IMG/VR virus record: IMGVR_UViG_3300023199_000127
Span: 96,001 to 160,000 of that record
Direction: 5' to 3' (one strand)
Source of the DNA: a virus
Length of the DNA stretch: 64,000 nt
Part shown: positions 1-7,874 of the stretch, in pieces
Position numbering within the stretch: the first letter of the stretch is position 1
Layout of the letters: the number at the start of each line of letters is the position of its first letter
Notes under the pieces: model-generated
What the model was told of the DNA's origin: nothing
The model's input: only the letters and a program-made list of their open reading frames with translations
Databases searched by the model: none
Made by a program: the position numbers and the translations under genes

Positions 1-678
1 TTGCCCGTGTCCCAGAGCCTCATTATGCTCTCGGAAGAAGAAACTACAGGGCACCACATAAGGATCACCCATGATTCCGCAATGAGCAATGATCCATGCT
101 TCCGCACATGCACCAGCATGCATGGGATAGTCACATGCCCCAGAACTCACAAACGGTTCACGCTTCACTAGGAAGCTGTAGACGGGCAACGTAGGTCCAG
201 TCGCAGGCACCATCTTAGTCGCACGATCAAAATCGTGCAACACCCTGCGATTCTCCTGGCCACCGGCATTCACAAAGATCGTCCTGCCACAGAATGACCA
301 ATCGCGCTGCCACTTCTGCATTCCCTCAATCTGCATAGAGATGCGAGACCGACTACTGTAGTCATCAGAAAACTGATAAGCCACATAGTCTGCCTTGCTG
401 GTAAGCGCATGCTCAAAGAACGGACGGTGGATTGCACCAGGCCTCCAGTTGGACCGACCAGGTCCAAACTGGAGTCGCACAGTCCGTTCTCTGGGATGCA
501 TTCTAGCAAGCTCAGCCCACCTGTGAGCAAGAGCTGCAGTTCCATCAACAGACTGATCGTCTACCAGCAACACATCAATAGACCCATCATAGTCTTGGTC
601 AACCAGACTCTTGATGCACTGGTCCAAAGTATGTTCTCTATTCCATATCGGAATGACGATGCTGACTGTAGGTAGCAT
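1..678 (-). CDS. GT2-family glycosyltransferase (3' end runs off the window)
   Basis: Missing from the ORF track because it is open-ended. My translation from ATG at 678 gives MLPTVSIVIPIWNREHTLDQCIKSLVDQDYDGSIDVLLVDDQSVDGT, the classic GT2 N-terminus (IP..N...L..C..S...Q.Y...VDD.S.DGT). Confidence 0.9.
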   Translation of the reverse strand, partial: MLPTVSIVIPIWNREHTLDQCIKSLVDQDYDGSIDVLLVDDQSVDGTAALAHRWAELARMHPRERTVRLQFGPGRSNWRPGAIHRPFFEHALTSKADYVAYQFSDDYSSRSRISMQIEGMQKWQRDWSFCGRTIFVNAGGQENRRVLHDFDRATKMVPATGPTLPVYSFLVKREPFVSSGACDYPMHAGACAEAWIIAHCGIMGDPYVVPCSFFFREHNEALGHGQ

Positions 679-1400
679 TAGTATCCTAGCTGACGGAAGT
701 CCTTATGAAATGACAAAGACAGCAACCGATAAGCATCAGGATGGTAGAAATAACTAGGGAAGGGAACCTTCCCATTCTTATGCTTACACCGTTGCTGTAG
801 ATGTTCGACCGTATAGTCCCACAACTGAGACTCATTTACACCAAAATAGGCCATGGCATTTTCGACCTTTGGCCAGGGAGTGCCGTAGTAGCGAGCAAAA
901 TCCCTCACTGCCAACGGATCCTCTAGCGGGATGATCACTGTATCCCCAGAGGTTCTGGTATTCAAATCCCAACCAAGAACCTGAGGTTGGTAGTGTGCAT
1001 CGAGCGCGTACGGGTCGTATCTACAGACGGCCCGTACGAAGTCGAGGAAACACCAGTTCTTAAAGTCTTCCTGGTACACACAATTACGGTCAATGTAGAG
1101 CAGATCTTGCTGAATGAACTTGTTCAAAAATGCACTGACCAGACGATCCCAAGGATGCCTGGTGAACACATAAAAGTCCTTCTTGTAATCCAATCGATGG
1201 ATAGGACACCACCACTCAGAATTCTCGGCATATCCCATGCAATTATGCAGCTCGCCAATGCCCATTTCATTAGCTCCAGACAAGCCAATAAGGTTAGCCC
1301 ACCACCTCTTGATTGTGGTGCAACCAGCCCTCTGCTTCCAGGCAATTGCTAGCTGATGCTCATCACTAGAGAAAACGTTGTAGGAGTACTGGGTGCTCAT
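678..1400 (-). CDS. Sulfotransferase (Sulfotransfer_2 / HNK-1ST-like)
   Basis: PAPS-binding motifs KQRAGCTTIK (5'-PSB) and FVFTRHPWDRLVSAF-like YVFTRHPWDRLVSAF (3'-PB), plus a downstream HYQPQ motif. Confidence 0.8.
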   Translation of the reverse strand: MSTQYSYNVFSSDEHQLAIAWKQRAGCTTIKRWWANLIGLSGANEMGIGELHNCMGYAENSEWWCPIHRLDYKKDFYVFTRHPWDRLVSAFLNKFIQQDLLYIDRNCVYQEDFKNWCFLDFVRAVCRYDPYALDAHYQPQVLGWDLNTRTSGDTVIIPLEDPLAVRDFARYYGTPWPKVENAMAYFGVNESQLWDYTVEHLQQRCKHKNGKVPFPSYFYHPDAYRLLSLSFHKDFRQLGY

Positions 1401-2143
1401 CTCTGTCTAAACCCACTAACCCACAACCACTCACCATGATCATCAATCGGTTCCGTCTCCCAGGTGTTTAGCGCATGAAGGCCCGCCTCCTCACATACCC
1501 GGACAATTTCCTCATGTGTGTAGGCGCATCCCTCCTCGGCTTGGAGGTGTTCAGGAAGCTCATCGTACCCAGTGGAATCTGGCTCCCCACTGGCCGGCGG
1601 GACATAGTCCCACGGCCGTAGACCATCTCGATACTTCTTCACCTGCAAGGTAAACCAGCCACCCTGCACCAAACACCGTCTCCACGAAGCCAAAATGCTC
1701 CGAACCACAGAATGATCGGCGATGTGCTGGAAGGTGATCACCGAGTAGATATGGTCCACACTGTGGGGTTCCACAAATCCCTCAGGAATACCATCGCCGT
1801 CAGCGGTGGCTACTCCTGCTACGTTATCAGCATCTCCATCCCCAATCTTGTCGGAAACAACCTGAATCATATCTGGGGAAATATCAACCCCGTACCAAAT
1901 ACCACCAAGTTGTGCAGAAAGGGGCAGCAGAAGACGACCAACACCGCAACCATAGTCCAGGATGGTCTCAGCAGGACAGCTACCCACAGCATCCAGTCCA
2001 CCATCTAGCATATGATCGAAGATCTGCTCACGATACCAGTCAACGCTGGCTTTATCGAACTGGTTGTAGCCAACACGATGCTTGAGTTCTTCTTCTCCAC
2101 CAAGCCACCGCTGTCGAGCACCCTTAAGGTACTGGTTGGTCAT
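1397..2143 (-). CDS. Class I SAM-dependent methyltransferase
   Basis: ILDYGCGVGR motif I, GVDISPDMI, and DHIYSVITFQH. Confidence 0.9.
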   Translation of the reverse strand: MTNQYLKGARQRWLGGEEELKHRVGYNQFDKASVDWYREQIFDHMLDGGLDAVGSCPAETILDYGCGVGRLLLPLSAQLGGIWYGVDISPDMIQVVSDKIGDGDADNVAGVATADGDGIPEGFVEPHSVDHIYSVITFQHIADHSVVRSILASWRRCLVQGGWFTLQVKKYRDGLRPWDYVPPASGEPDSTGYDELPEHLQAEEGCAYTHEEIVRVCEEAGLHALNTWETEPIDDHGEWLWVSGFRQR

Positions 2144-2961
2144 GCACGTGCTCCTGAAACAGAAAGCATACGGTCATAGCTGGACCACTCAAGGAAATCC
2201 TTCGGGTCTACGCCAGCTTCCCGTGCGCCCTCGGCAAACACCTCACCCCAGTGTATGCCGTAACGACGCTCCAACTCATAAAGCATGTTATTGCGAGCTT
2301 TCTTACGCATTTCTTCGTTCGGCTCGACCTTGGCTTTTTCGTGGTTGATATGCGTGGTACCTGGTTGGTGCAAAATACCTACATCCTGATGGATGTACGA
2401 CTTGAATCCCAACCGATGGCCCAGGTAGGCCATCTCGTAATCCACGCCCCAACCATACATGAAGTCCTTGCTAATGCCGGGCATCTTGAACTCTTCAAAG
2501 CAGCTACGAACAAAGGAGCCACTCAGCAAAGGACAAACAAACTCGACAAAAGAGGTATTCCGTACACCAGATCCCCTTTTCCCCTGCGCACTAGTTGCAG
2601 GATGGCTCTTCTGGTACGGATGAATCTGCGCAGTCGCCGGCGGCATGTCGGCGACAAGCCTATCTAGCGTTCCATCGTCCACAATCTGAGCATCATTACA
2701 GAGACACCAGTAATGGTCAAAATTGTACTCCCCATTGAACCAGATTGACTTAATAGCCTCATGGAAAGACCAGGCCCAACGATTGTTCTCACGCAACATC
2801 AGGTTGTGGTCAGCATTCCTAGTCACCTCGTCAGCATCCGAATCGGCATCGATGTTGAAGATCGTTACTTCAACATCATGCGTGGTCTGACGGATACTGT
2901 CGATCAGACTTTCGGTCATCTCACGCATATTGCGATTGAGTACCAGTGCTGCTACGTTCAT
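2140..2961 (-). CDS. GT-A fold (GT2-like) glycosyltransferase
   Basis: CLCND, CPLL and YGWGVDYE...ILH motifs. Paralog of the next gene. Confidence 0.7.
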   Translation of the reverse strand: MNVAALVLNRNMREMTESLIDSIRQTTHDVEVTIFNIDADSDADEVTRNADHNLMLRENNRWAWSFHEAIKSIWFNGEYNFDHYWCLCNDAQIVDDGTLDRLVADMPPATAQIHPYQKSHPATSAQGKRGSGVRNTSFVEFVCPLLSGSFVRSCFEEFKMPGISKDFMYGWGVDYEMAYLGHRLGFKSYIHQDVGILHQPGTTHINHEKAKVEPNEEMRKKARNNMLYELERRYGIHWGEVFAEGAREAGVDPKDFLEWSSYDRMLSVSGARA

Positions 2962-3692
2962 TCCATGATCCTCTTATGCCAATTAGCCCCGTACTTCTCC
3001 GTGAGACGCTTATTCATCTCACTGTAGGCGCTCTTGTAGAACTCCTCCACACTCTCTGGCGCCACACCGCTGCTATATGTCTTGGAGGCTTCATGTTTGA
3101 CAGTGATGTTGTCATCAATGACCACTCGATAGCCTCTCCGACGGGCTTGGTAGCAGGTGTCATAATCGATACCCCAACCCCTATACAATTCAGGGTCAAA
3201 GACAGGCACATTAGCCTGGGGACCGATCATTTGCCAGATCAAGTTGATGTTCAAAGCAGGACAGATGGAATCTGTCATCCGAACATCTCTAAGCCCAATG
3301 CCTTGATAGAACATCCAGGGGTACGCATACCCCTGGATTCGTTCAACCGCGGGGTGCCACCACCCAACATCATTCTTCAAACGATGATGGAAGAAGTCCG
3401 GCGATGGAACTCCGCCGGTGATCTCGAAGTCGTTGGTACACAACCAGAGCCAGTCAATAGACTCACTCCTGTGCTTTTTTACAATGTAGTTCCAACCACC
3501 AGTCATACGCAAGTTGCCACCAGTGAAATGTGTGACATACTGTGACACATCACTATGACTCTCGTCTTCGCTACCATTCTCGTAAACAAAGAGATTCCTG
3601 CCTATTTCCCATCCACAGTTGAGAAGATTGTCAACTGTGCGATCGGTTAGCTCAGCCATCTTGTAGCTGAGAATGCAGCAATGAGCACTCAT
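2958..3692 (-). CDS. GT-A fold (GT2-like) glycosyltransferase
   Basis: VYENGS, LCTND, CPAL and RGWGIDYD...VKH motifs. Confidence 0.7.
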   Translation of the reverse strand: MSAHCCILSYKMAELTDRTVDNLLNCGWEIGRNLFVYENGSEDESHSDVSQYVTHFTGGNLRMTGGWNYIVKKHRSESIDWLWLCTNDFEITGGVPSPDFFHHRLKNDVGWWHPAVERIQGYAYPWMFYQGIGLRDVRMTDSICPALNINLIWQMIGPQANVPVFDPELYRGWGIDYDTCYQARRRGYRVVIDDNITVKHEASKTYSSGVAPESVEEFYKSAYSEMNKRLTEKYGANWHKRIME

Positions 3693-4501
3693 AGGTAATC
3701 AGGACTCCTGCGAGGGATAGGTCCACCATTCCTTACCACTGTACGTTGACCAGGTTTGAAGTGATGAGACGCCGTCTGTGGGGTCCGCAAGTCATGATCC
3801 AGATGATACACAAGAGCATCAGTTCTGTGGAAGGCCAGGCCAGAGCGGTGCAACCGCTCGGCCATATCTTCATCCTCACCACCCCAGCCTATGAAGGACT
3901 CATCGAAACCACCCATTCTTCGCATCGCATCTGCCGATGCAGAGAAATTACACCCCCAGCAGACCACCCAAGGATTGGGCACATCGGGCAGCTGGGCATA
4001 GGTACGGCCAAAGACGGTGCTCTCGTCGAGCCTGATGTCCTTCACAGTGGCATTCTCAGCCCAGAAGCTATCATGGACCCTGATATCCAAAGACCCCTCT
4101 ACGAGGCTCTGAGGCACCCTAGAACGAAGGCCCACAAAAACGTCTTTGGGCCGGCCTTCCTGTCCATGTTTGTGGACAAACCTGGTCTCCGGGACAGTAT
4201 CACAGTCGCAGATGATTACCCGGTCTCCTTCAGCATGGCTCAGGCCCATATTTCGGGCCTGGGCTAAGCGGAAGTCTGAACTTCGAGGATGCAGGTAGTG
4301 ATACTGCAGACCGGCAAAGCCTGCTGCATCCTGCATCCAGTTGTTGGCGTAGTGGACCGCATCTCGCGTATCACCATAGCCACCGTCGTTTACAACGATC
4401 AGTTCCCAGAGAGGAGCATCAACCTGCTGGCTAAAGCCACGCAAAGTTTGGAGCAGTCGAGCATTGTCATTACAGACTGTAAGGACGACTGAGATCTTCA
4501 T
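3689..4501 (-). CDS. GT2 glycosyltransferase with GT7C-like C-terminus
   Basis: IVVNDGG, ARNMG, ICDCD (DxD) and MGGFDESFIGWGGEDEDMAERL. Confidence 0.9.
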   Translation of the reverse strand: MKISVVLTVCNDNARLLQTLRGFSQQVDAPLWELIVVNDGGYGDTRDAVHYANNWMQDAAGFAGLQYHYLHPRSSDFRLAQARNMGLSHAEGDRVIICDCDTVPETRFVHKHGQEGRPKDVFVGLRSRVPQSLVEGSLDIRVHDSFWAENATVKDIRLDESTVFGRTYAQLPDVPNPWVVCWGCNFSASADAMRRMGGFDESFIGWGGEDEDMAERLHRSGLAFHRTDALVYHLDHDLRTPQTASHHFKPGQRTVVRNGGPIPRRSPDYL

Positions 4502-5097
4502 TAGTGTTTCACCCTCAGGCTATGCTCGCTTACCACTACTACCTTCTTACCAGTGCGGAGCACGGGAATGTTCCTCTTACGCAACTCCGGAATCAGCAGA
4601 CGACCCTTCTCAGCATCTTGCTTGTGCTCGACCTCTTCATAATCCTCACAGTCATCAAGAGCAATGATGCCACCCGACTTACAGAGTCTCTCAGCCTGCT
4701 CAAACAATTTGAGCGTGTACTCAGCATCATCTGGTCCATCCAAGTAGATGAAATCGAAGAAATTCCAGGTATTCTGCATGAACTGCAGACCATCATGCTG
4801 AACCAGGTTTACATCATAGCGCAACCCTGCCTCTTCCAAAGCAGCATCGGCACAACTGATGTCTAGGTCAACACTAGTGAAAATGGATTCAGTATCCTGC
4901 GCAAACTGAGCAAAGTGCAAGGTACTATGACCATCGCCCTTGGCATATTCCTCGGTGTTGACCCGCATGGATCCGATCTCAAGGATTTGAATCCCACCAT
5001 GCTCCTCAACAAGAGTCTGCATAGGGATCAGTAGATTCCACGCTCGATGCGCAGGATCATGAAGCTGGAAGATCCGGTCGGTGTCTTGAAGAATCAT
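4501..5097 (-). CDS. SAM-dependent methyltransferase (Methyltransf_24-like)
   Basis: ILEIGS, FTSVD, DFIYLDG and GGIIALDD motifs. Confidence 0.8.
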   Translation of the reverse strand: MILQDTDRIFQLHDPAHRAWNLLIPMQTLVEEHGGIQILEIGSMRVNTEEYAKGDGHSTLHFAQFAQDTESIFTSVDLDISCADAALEEAGLRYDVNLVQHDGLQFMQNTWNFFDFIYLDGPDDAEYTLKLFEQAERLCKSGGIIALDDCEDYEEVEHKQDAEKGRLLIPELRKRNIPVLRTGKKVVVVSEHSLRVKH

Positions 5098-5873
5098 TAG
5101 GGGTAGCTTGCAACGTTACCCGCATTGCGGATCACGTACTTTCCAGGGTTAGGGTCTTGATTAATGGGCAGGTTATTGAAATGCTGGTCATGAAACTTAG
5201 GTGTCGCATGTACACCACCTTCACGACCGATATGATTACTACGAGAGAATGCAGGCGTTAGGGTCATCAACGGCTTCTCTATAGCCATCATTGATGTAAT
5301 TGCCCAGTCCCAGCCTATATAGTGTTTACCCCATGCCTGTTTAGACTTGGAGTCATCATGCCAACTAGGCTTGAACCATCTCTCCCAACTGGGTCTAGTC
5401 ATTACCACGCCCAGAGCATTGAACGCCTTAGACTCCAGCAGACCAACAGGGTCTGCTGGGTTACTCCCATTATGGAAGTAGTTCAGACTAAGCCATCGTT
5501 CCTGATCAGCACGCGTAATATCCCAATACCAGTTCGCCATGCGTATTGCATCTTTCGAGAGGACTACATCCTCCTCCAGGTAGATGTTCATCTTTGAGTC
5601 GTCGTTAAACACACGACAAAGGGCAGCAAAAGGATTCTCTCGTACACCCATCCGTTTACGGTTAACGATGATCTCTTTGTGGGGCCAATCGAACTCTTCA
5701 CACACCTTCACAGTCTCAGCACATCCCGGTTCCAGAAAGCAATAGAGCTTCCAGTCCTTAAGCTTCCTGGAGTCCGGCGATTTCAGATCATTCTGCGCCA
5801 GGGTTTCCAGGGATTTTCTGAGATAGTGAGGCCTCTTCCAGCCTGTGATAGTAATCGTTCGCAGATCGGACAT
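5097..5873 (-). CDS. GT-A glycosyltransferase resembling GT13 (GnT-I-like)
   Basis: WKRPHYLRKSL, IYLEEDV, WDWAI and SRSNHIGREGG resemble the EDD / WDxW / SRxxHIG pattern of GnT-I-like enzymes. Confidence 0.6.
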   Translation of the reverse strand: MSDLRTITITGWKRPHYLRKSLETLAQNDLKSPDSRKLKDWKLYCFLEPGCAETVKVCEEFDWPHKEIIVNRKRMGVRENPFAALCRVFNDDSKMNIYLEEDVVLSKDAIRMANWYWDITRADQERWLSLNYFHNGSNPADPVGLLESKAFNALGVVMTRPSWERWFKPSWHDDSKSKQAWGKHYIGWDWAITSMMAIEKPLMTLTPAFSRSNHIGREGGVHATPKFHDQHFNNLPINQDPNPGKYVIRNAGNVASYP

Positions 5874-5887
5874 TCTCTTGAGTCATT

Positions 5888-6232
5888 CTATCCCGCATGA
5901 ACTCGAAAAACCTGATCGAACCGCATGAAGTTATACATACAGCCCCCATCTACTATAGGACACTTAGGACCTGACAAAATGTACACAACGTCATCCACAT
6001 GAGTAGCTATAGGCGGCTGTTCTCCACCAATAATCCAGATGCCAGATTGACAAGTCAGGTACTTCAGATGGACACGTAGATTGCGCATAAACTCATGCGT
6101 CACAGCAATCTTTGCACCCTGCTTTTTACCAGAACGATTAAAATACCTACTATTAGGTCGATAATCGGATCTGATCACATCAGCATAGGGCAGAGGACGC
6201 TCTCCAGCTACTGCATGGACCATCAACGCCAT
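5888..6232 (-). CDS. Hypothetical protein
   Basis: ORF fills the gap in a tightly packed minus-strand run. Confidence 0.6.
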   Translation of the reverse strand: MALMVHAVAGERPLPYADVIRSDYRPNSRYFNRSGKKQGAKIAVTHEFMRNLRVHLKYLTCQSGIWIIGGEQPPIATHVDDVVYILSGPKCPIVDGGCMYNFMRFDQVFRVHAG

Positions 6233-6234
6233 AA

Positions 6235-6615
6235 CTATTTCCTGGGCAGATCAGGCCGGCTAGCATTCTCCTGGGAGAGAATAGCATCCTTGGACGACGA
6301 AGGGATAATGATCTGAGACCCATTCGGATCATCGATCATCCTATTATCGTTCTCGTCAGCAGGATTCTCAAACCAGCGTGCATGACGGCAAAGGACATCA
6401 TGTCCTAGCTGCTTGATGAACCGATACTCGTTCCGTTCAGCGGCAACCAGATTAGACCACAACGCATACCCCTTATCCAGGGCCTCAGGCGAGAGGTAAA
6501 CCTCCTTGCCACGTGTGTAGTCAGAAATCCATGCCAATACATCCGGATCTGTATCATTCATCTGTAGCACTTGCTCAATGCCTAGTGCAATGCATTTCAC
6601 TCTGAGTTCGGTCAT
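6235..6615 (-). CDS. Hypothetical protein
   Basis: Start overlaps the stop of the upstream gene (TAATG). Confidence 0.7.
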   Translation of the reverse strand: MTELRVKCIALGIEQVLQMNDTDPDVLAWISDYTRGKEVYLSPEALDKGYALWSNLVAAERNEYRFIKQLGHDVLCRHARWFENPADENDNRMIDDPNGSQIIIPSSSKDAILSQENASRPDLPRK

Positions 6616-7682
6616 TAAATGGGACTCCCTTCGGTATCCTCCACCGGCTTAGGCTCAGCAGGAGCCAAGCTGGTGGGATTCTCCTGACGGATAGGACCGC
6701 CAGCCATGTGTTTGATGCCATGCTTGCACAAGGTATAGAACTCGCAGTACCTACACTGCCAGTCCCCCTTCTGAACGAGCGGATTACTATCATCCTTCAA
6801 TCGCTCAGGATCCTTCTTCACTGCATTTAGCACAGCCTTAGTCTGAGTCTTGTTCAGCTTGTCCCACCTACCGTGCTTGGCATACGTGTGGATACGAGCG
6901 TTGCTCCACTGGTCCACATAGTCCCCCTCAGGAACCTCCTTAGCACGAATATGCTTGACCAGTTGCTGGACTCGCTTGTACACCCCACGAACCGTTAGGT
7001 GCTTGAGGTTCCACAAGCCAGTCTCATTCTCCACACGAATGAAACGCTGATCATCCTCCACCTTTATGCCATATGCACCCTGGCCACCAAAGTACACAGT
7101 GTGCTCAACATAGTCCATGGAGTCACGGCACAGATAAAGCAGAGTACCCTTGATGTTGGGAATGAACTGACTATAGTAGTCTAAGTAGGGGATCATCTGC
7201 AACAGATGATCCTCCTTCGGAGTCATCTTGTTATCCACCGGCTGCATACAGCCCCTGGTACCCCAGAGACCAGTAGTCTTCATTTCGGTAGGGACCAGAA
7301 CCTCACCGTTCTCGGTGTTAACCGTCGGATCCGCAAGCCAGAAGTCGATCCGGCCTGAGATATTGAAACGAGGGTTCTTGAAGCTGGTTTCTGAACCACG
7401 CCAAAGCCCTGTCAGCTTGAACTTCTCCTCAATCATGTCCTGGAGATAGTTACCAGCCTCCATCTTCAACATGCCAGGTCCATCACGCTCAGTGTTGGTA
7501 GGTACGGCGCCGGTCAATCGATAGTACTGCTTACGCAGACAACCGCCAGCCACCTCCCGAAGCCCTGTATTCTCATCTGTGTAAGCAATGGAAGACTCAG
7601 AGGCATACAGACTAGTCGACTTGCGCTGGCTGGAGACCGGCGGGTCTACGATTGCTTGGGTGAGATGTTTCTTGAAAATCAT
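6615..7682 (-). CDS. Cas4-like PD-(D/E)xK exonuclease with 4Fe-4S iron staple
   Basis: CLRKQYY, GRID, EMKT, Q...Y and CRYCEFYTLC motifs. No CRISPR array nearby. Confidence 0.8.
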   Translation of the reverse strand: MIFKKHLTQAIVDPPVSSQRKSTSLYASESSIAYTDENTGLREVAGGCLRKQYYRLTGAVPTNTERDGPGMLKMEAGNYLQDMIEEKFKLTGLWRGSETSFKNPRFNISGRIDFWLADPTVNTENGEVLVPTEMKTTGLWGTRGCMQPVDNKMTPKEDHLLQMIPYLDYYSQFIPNIKGTLLYLCRDSMDYVEHTVYFGGQGAYGIKVEDDQRFIRVENETGLWNLKHLTVRGVYKRVQQLVKHIRAKEVPEGDYVDQWSNARIHTYAKHGRWDKLNKTQTKAVLNAVKKDPERLKDDSNPLVQKGDWQCRYCEFYTLCKHGIKHMAGGPIRQENPTSLAPAEPKPVEDTEGSPI

Positions 7683-7873
7683 CAGATGTCTTCTTGGCTA
7701 GGGGCATCAGCAGGACGCAAAATGATTTCATCAATGCGTCCCGGCACACCGATCAGGTCTGTAGTAACACCTTTGCCGGCATGCTTGTCATAGATGCGTT
7801 CGAGTTGTCGTTCCTCACGACTATTCTCAGGAATCAAATGGACGTCGTAGCCCTGGGTAATCTTCACTTTCAT
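7682..7873 (-). CDS. Small hypothetical protein
   Basis: ATG at 7873 lies 1 nt after the primase-helicase stop; shorter than the ORF-track call. Confidence 0.6.
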   Translation of the reverse strand: MKVKITQGYDVHLIPENSREERQLERIYDKHAGKGVTTDLIGVPGRIDEIILRPADAPSQEDI

Positions 7874-7874
7874 A

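Noticed and set aside
6615-7682. CRISPR-Cas system, suggested by the Cas4-like gene
   Set aside because: No cas1/cas2 and no repeat-spacer array were seen; stand-alone Cas4-like nucleases are common in phages.
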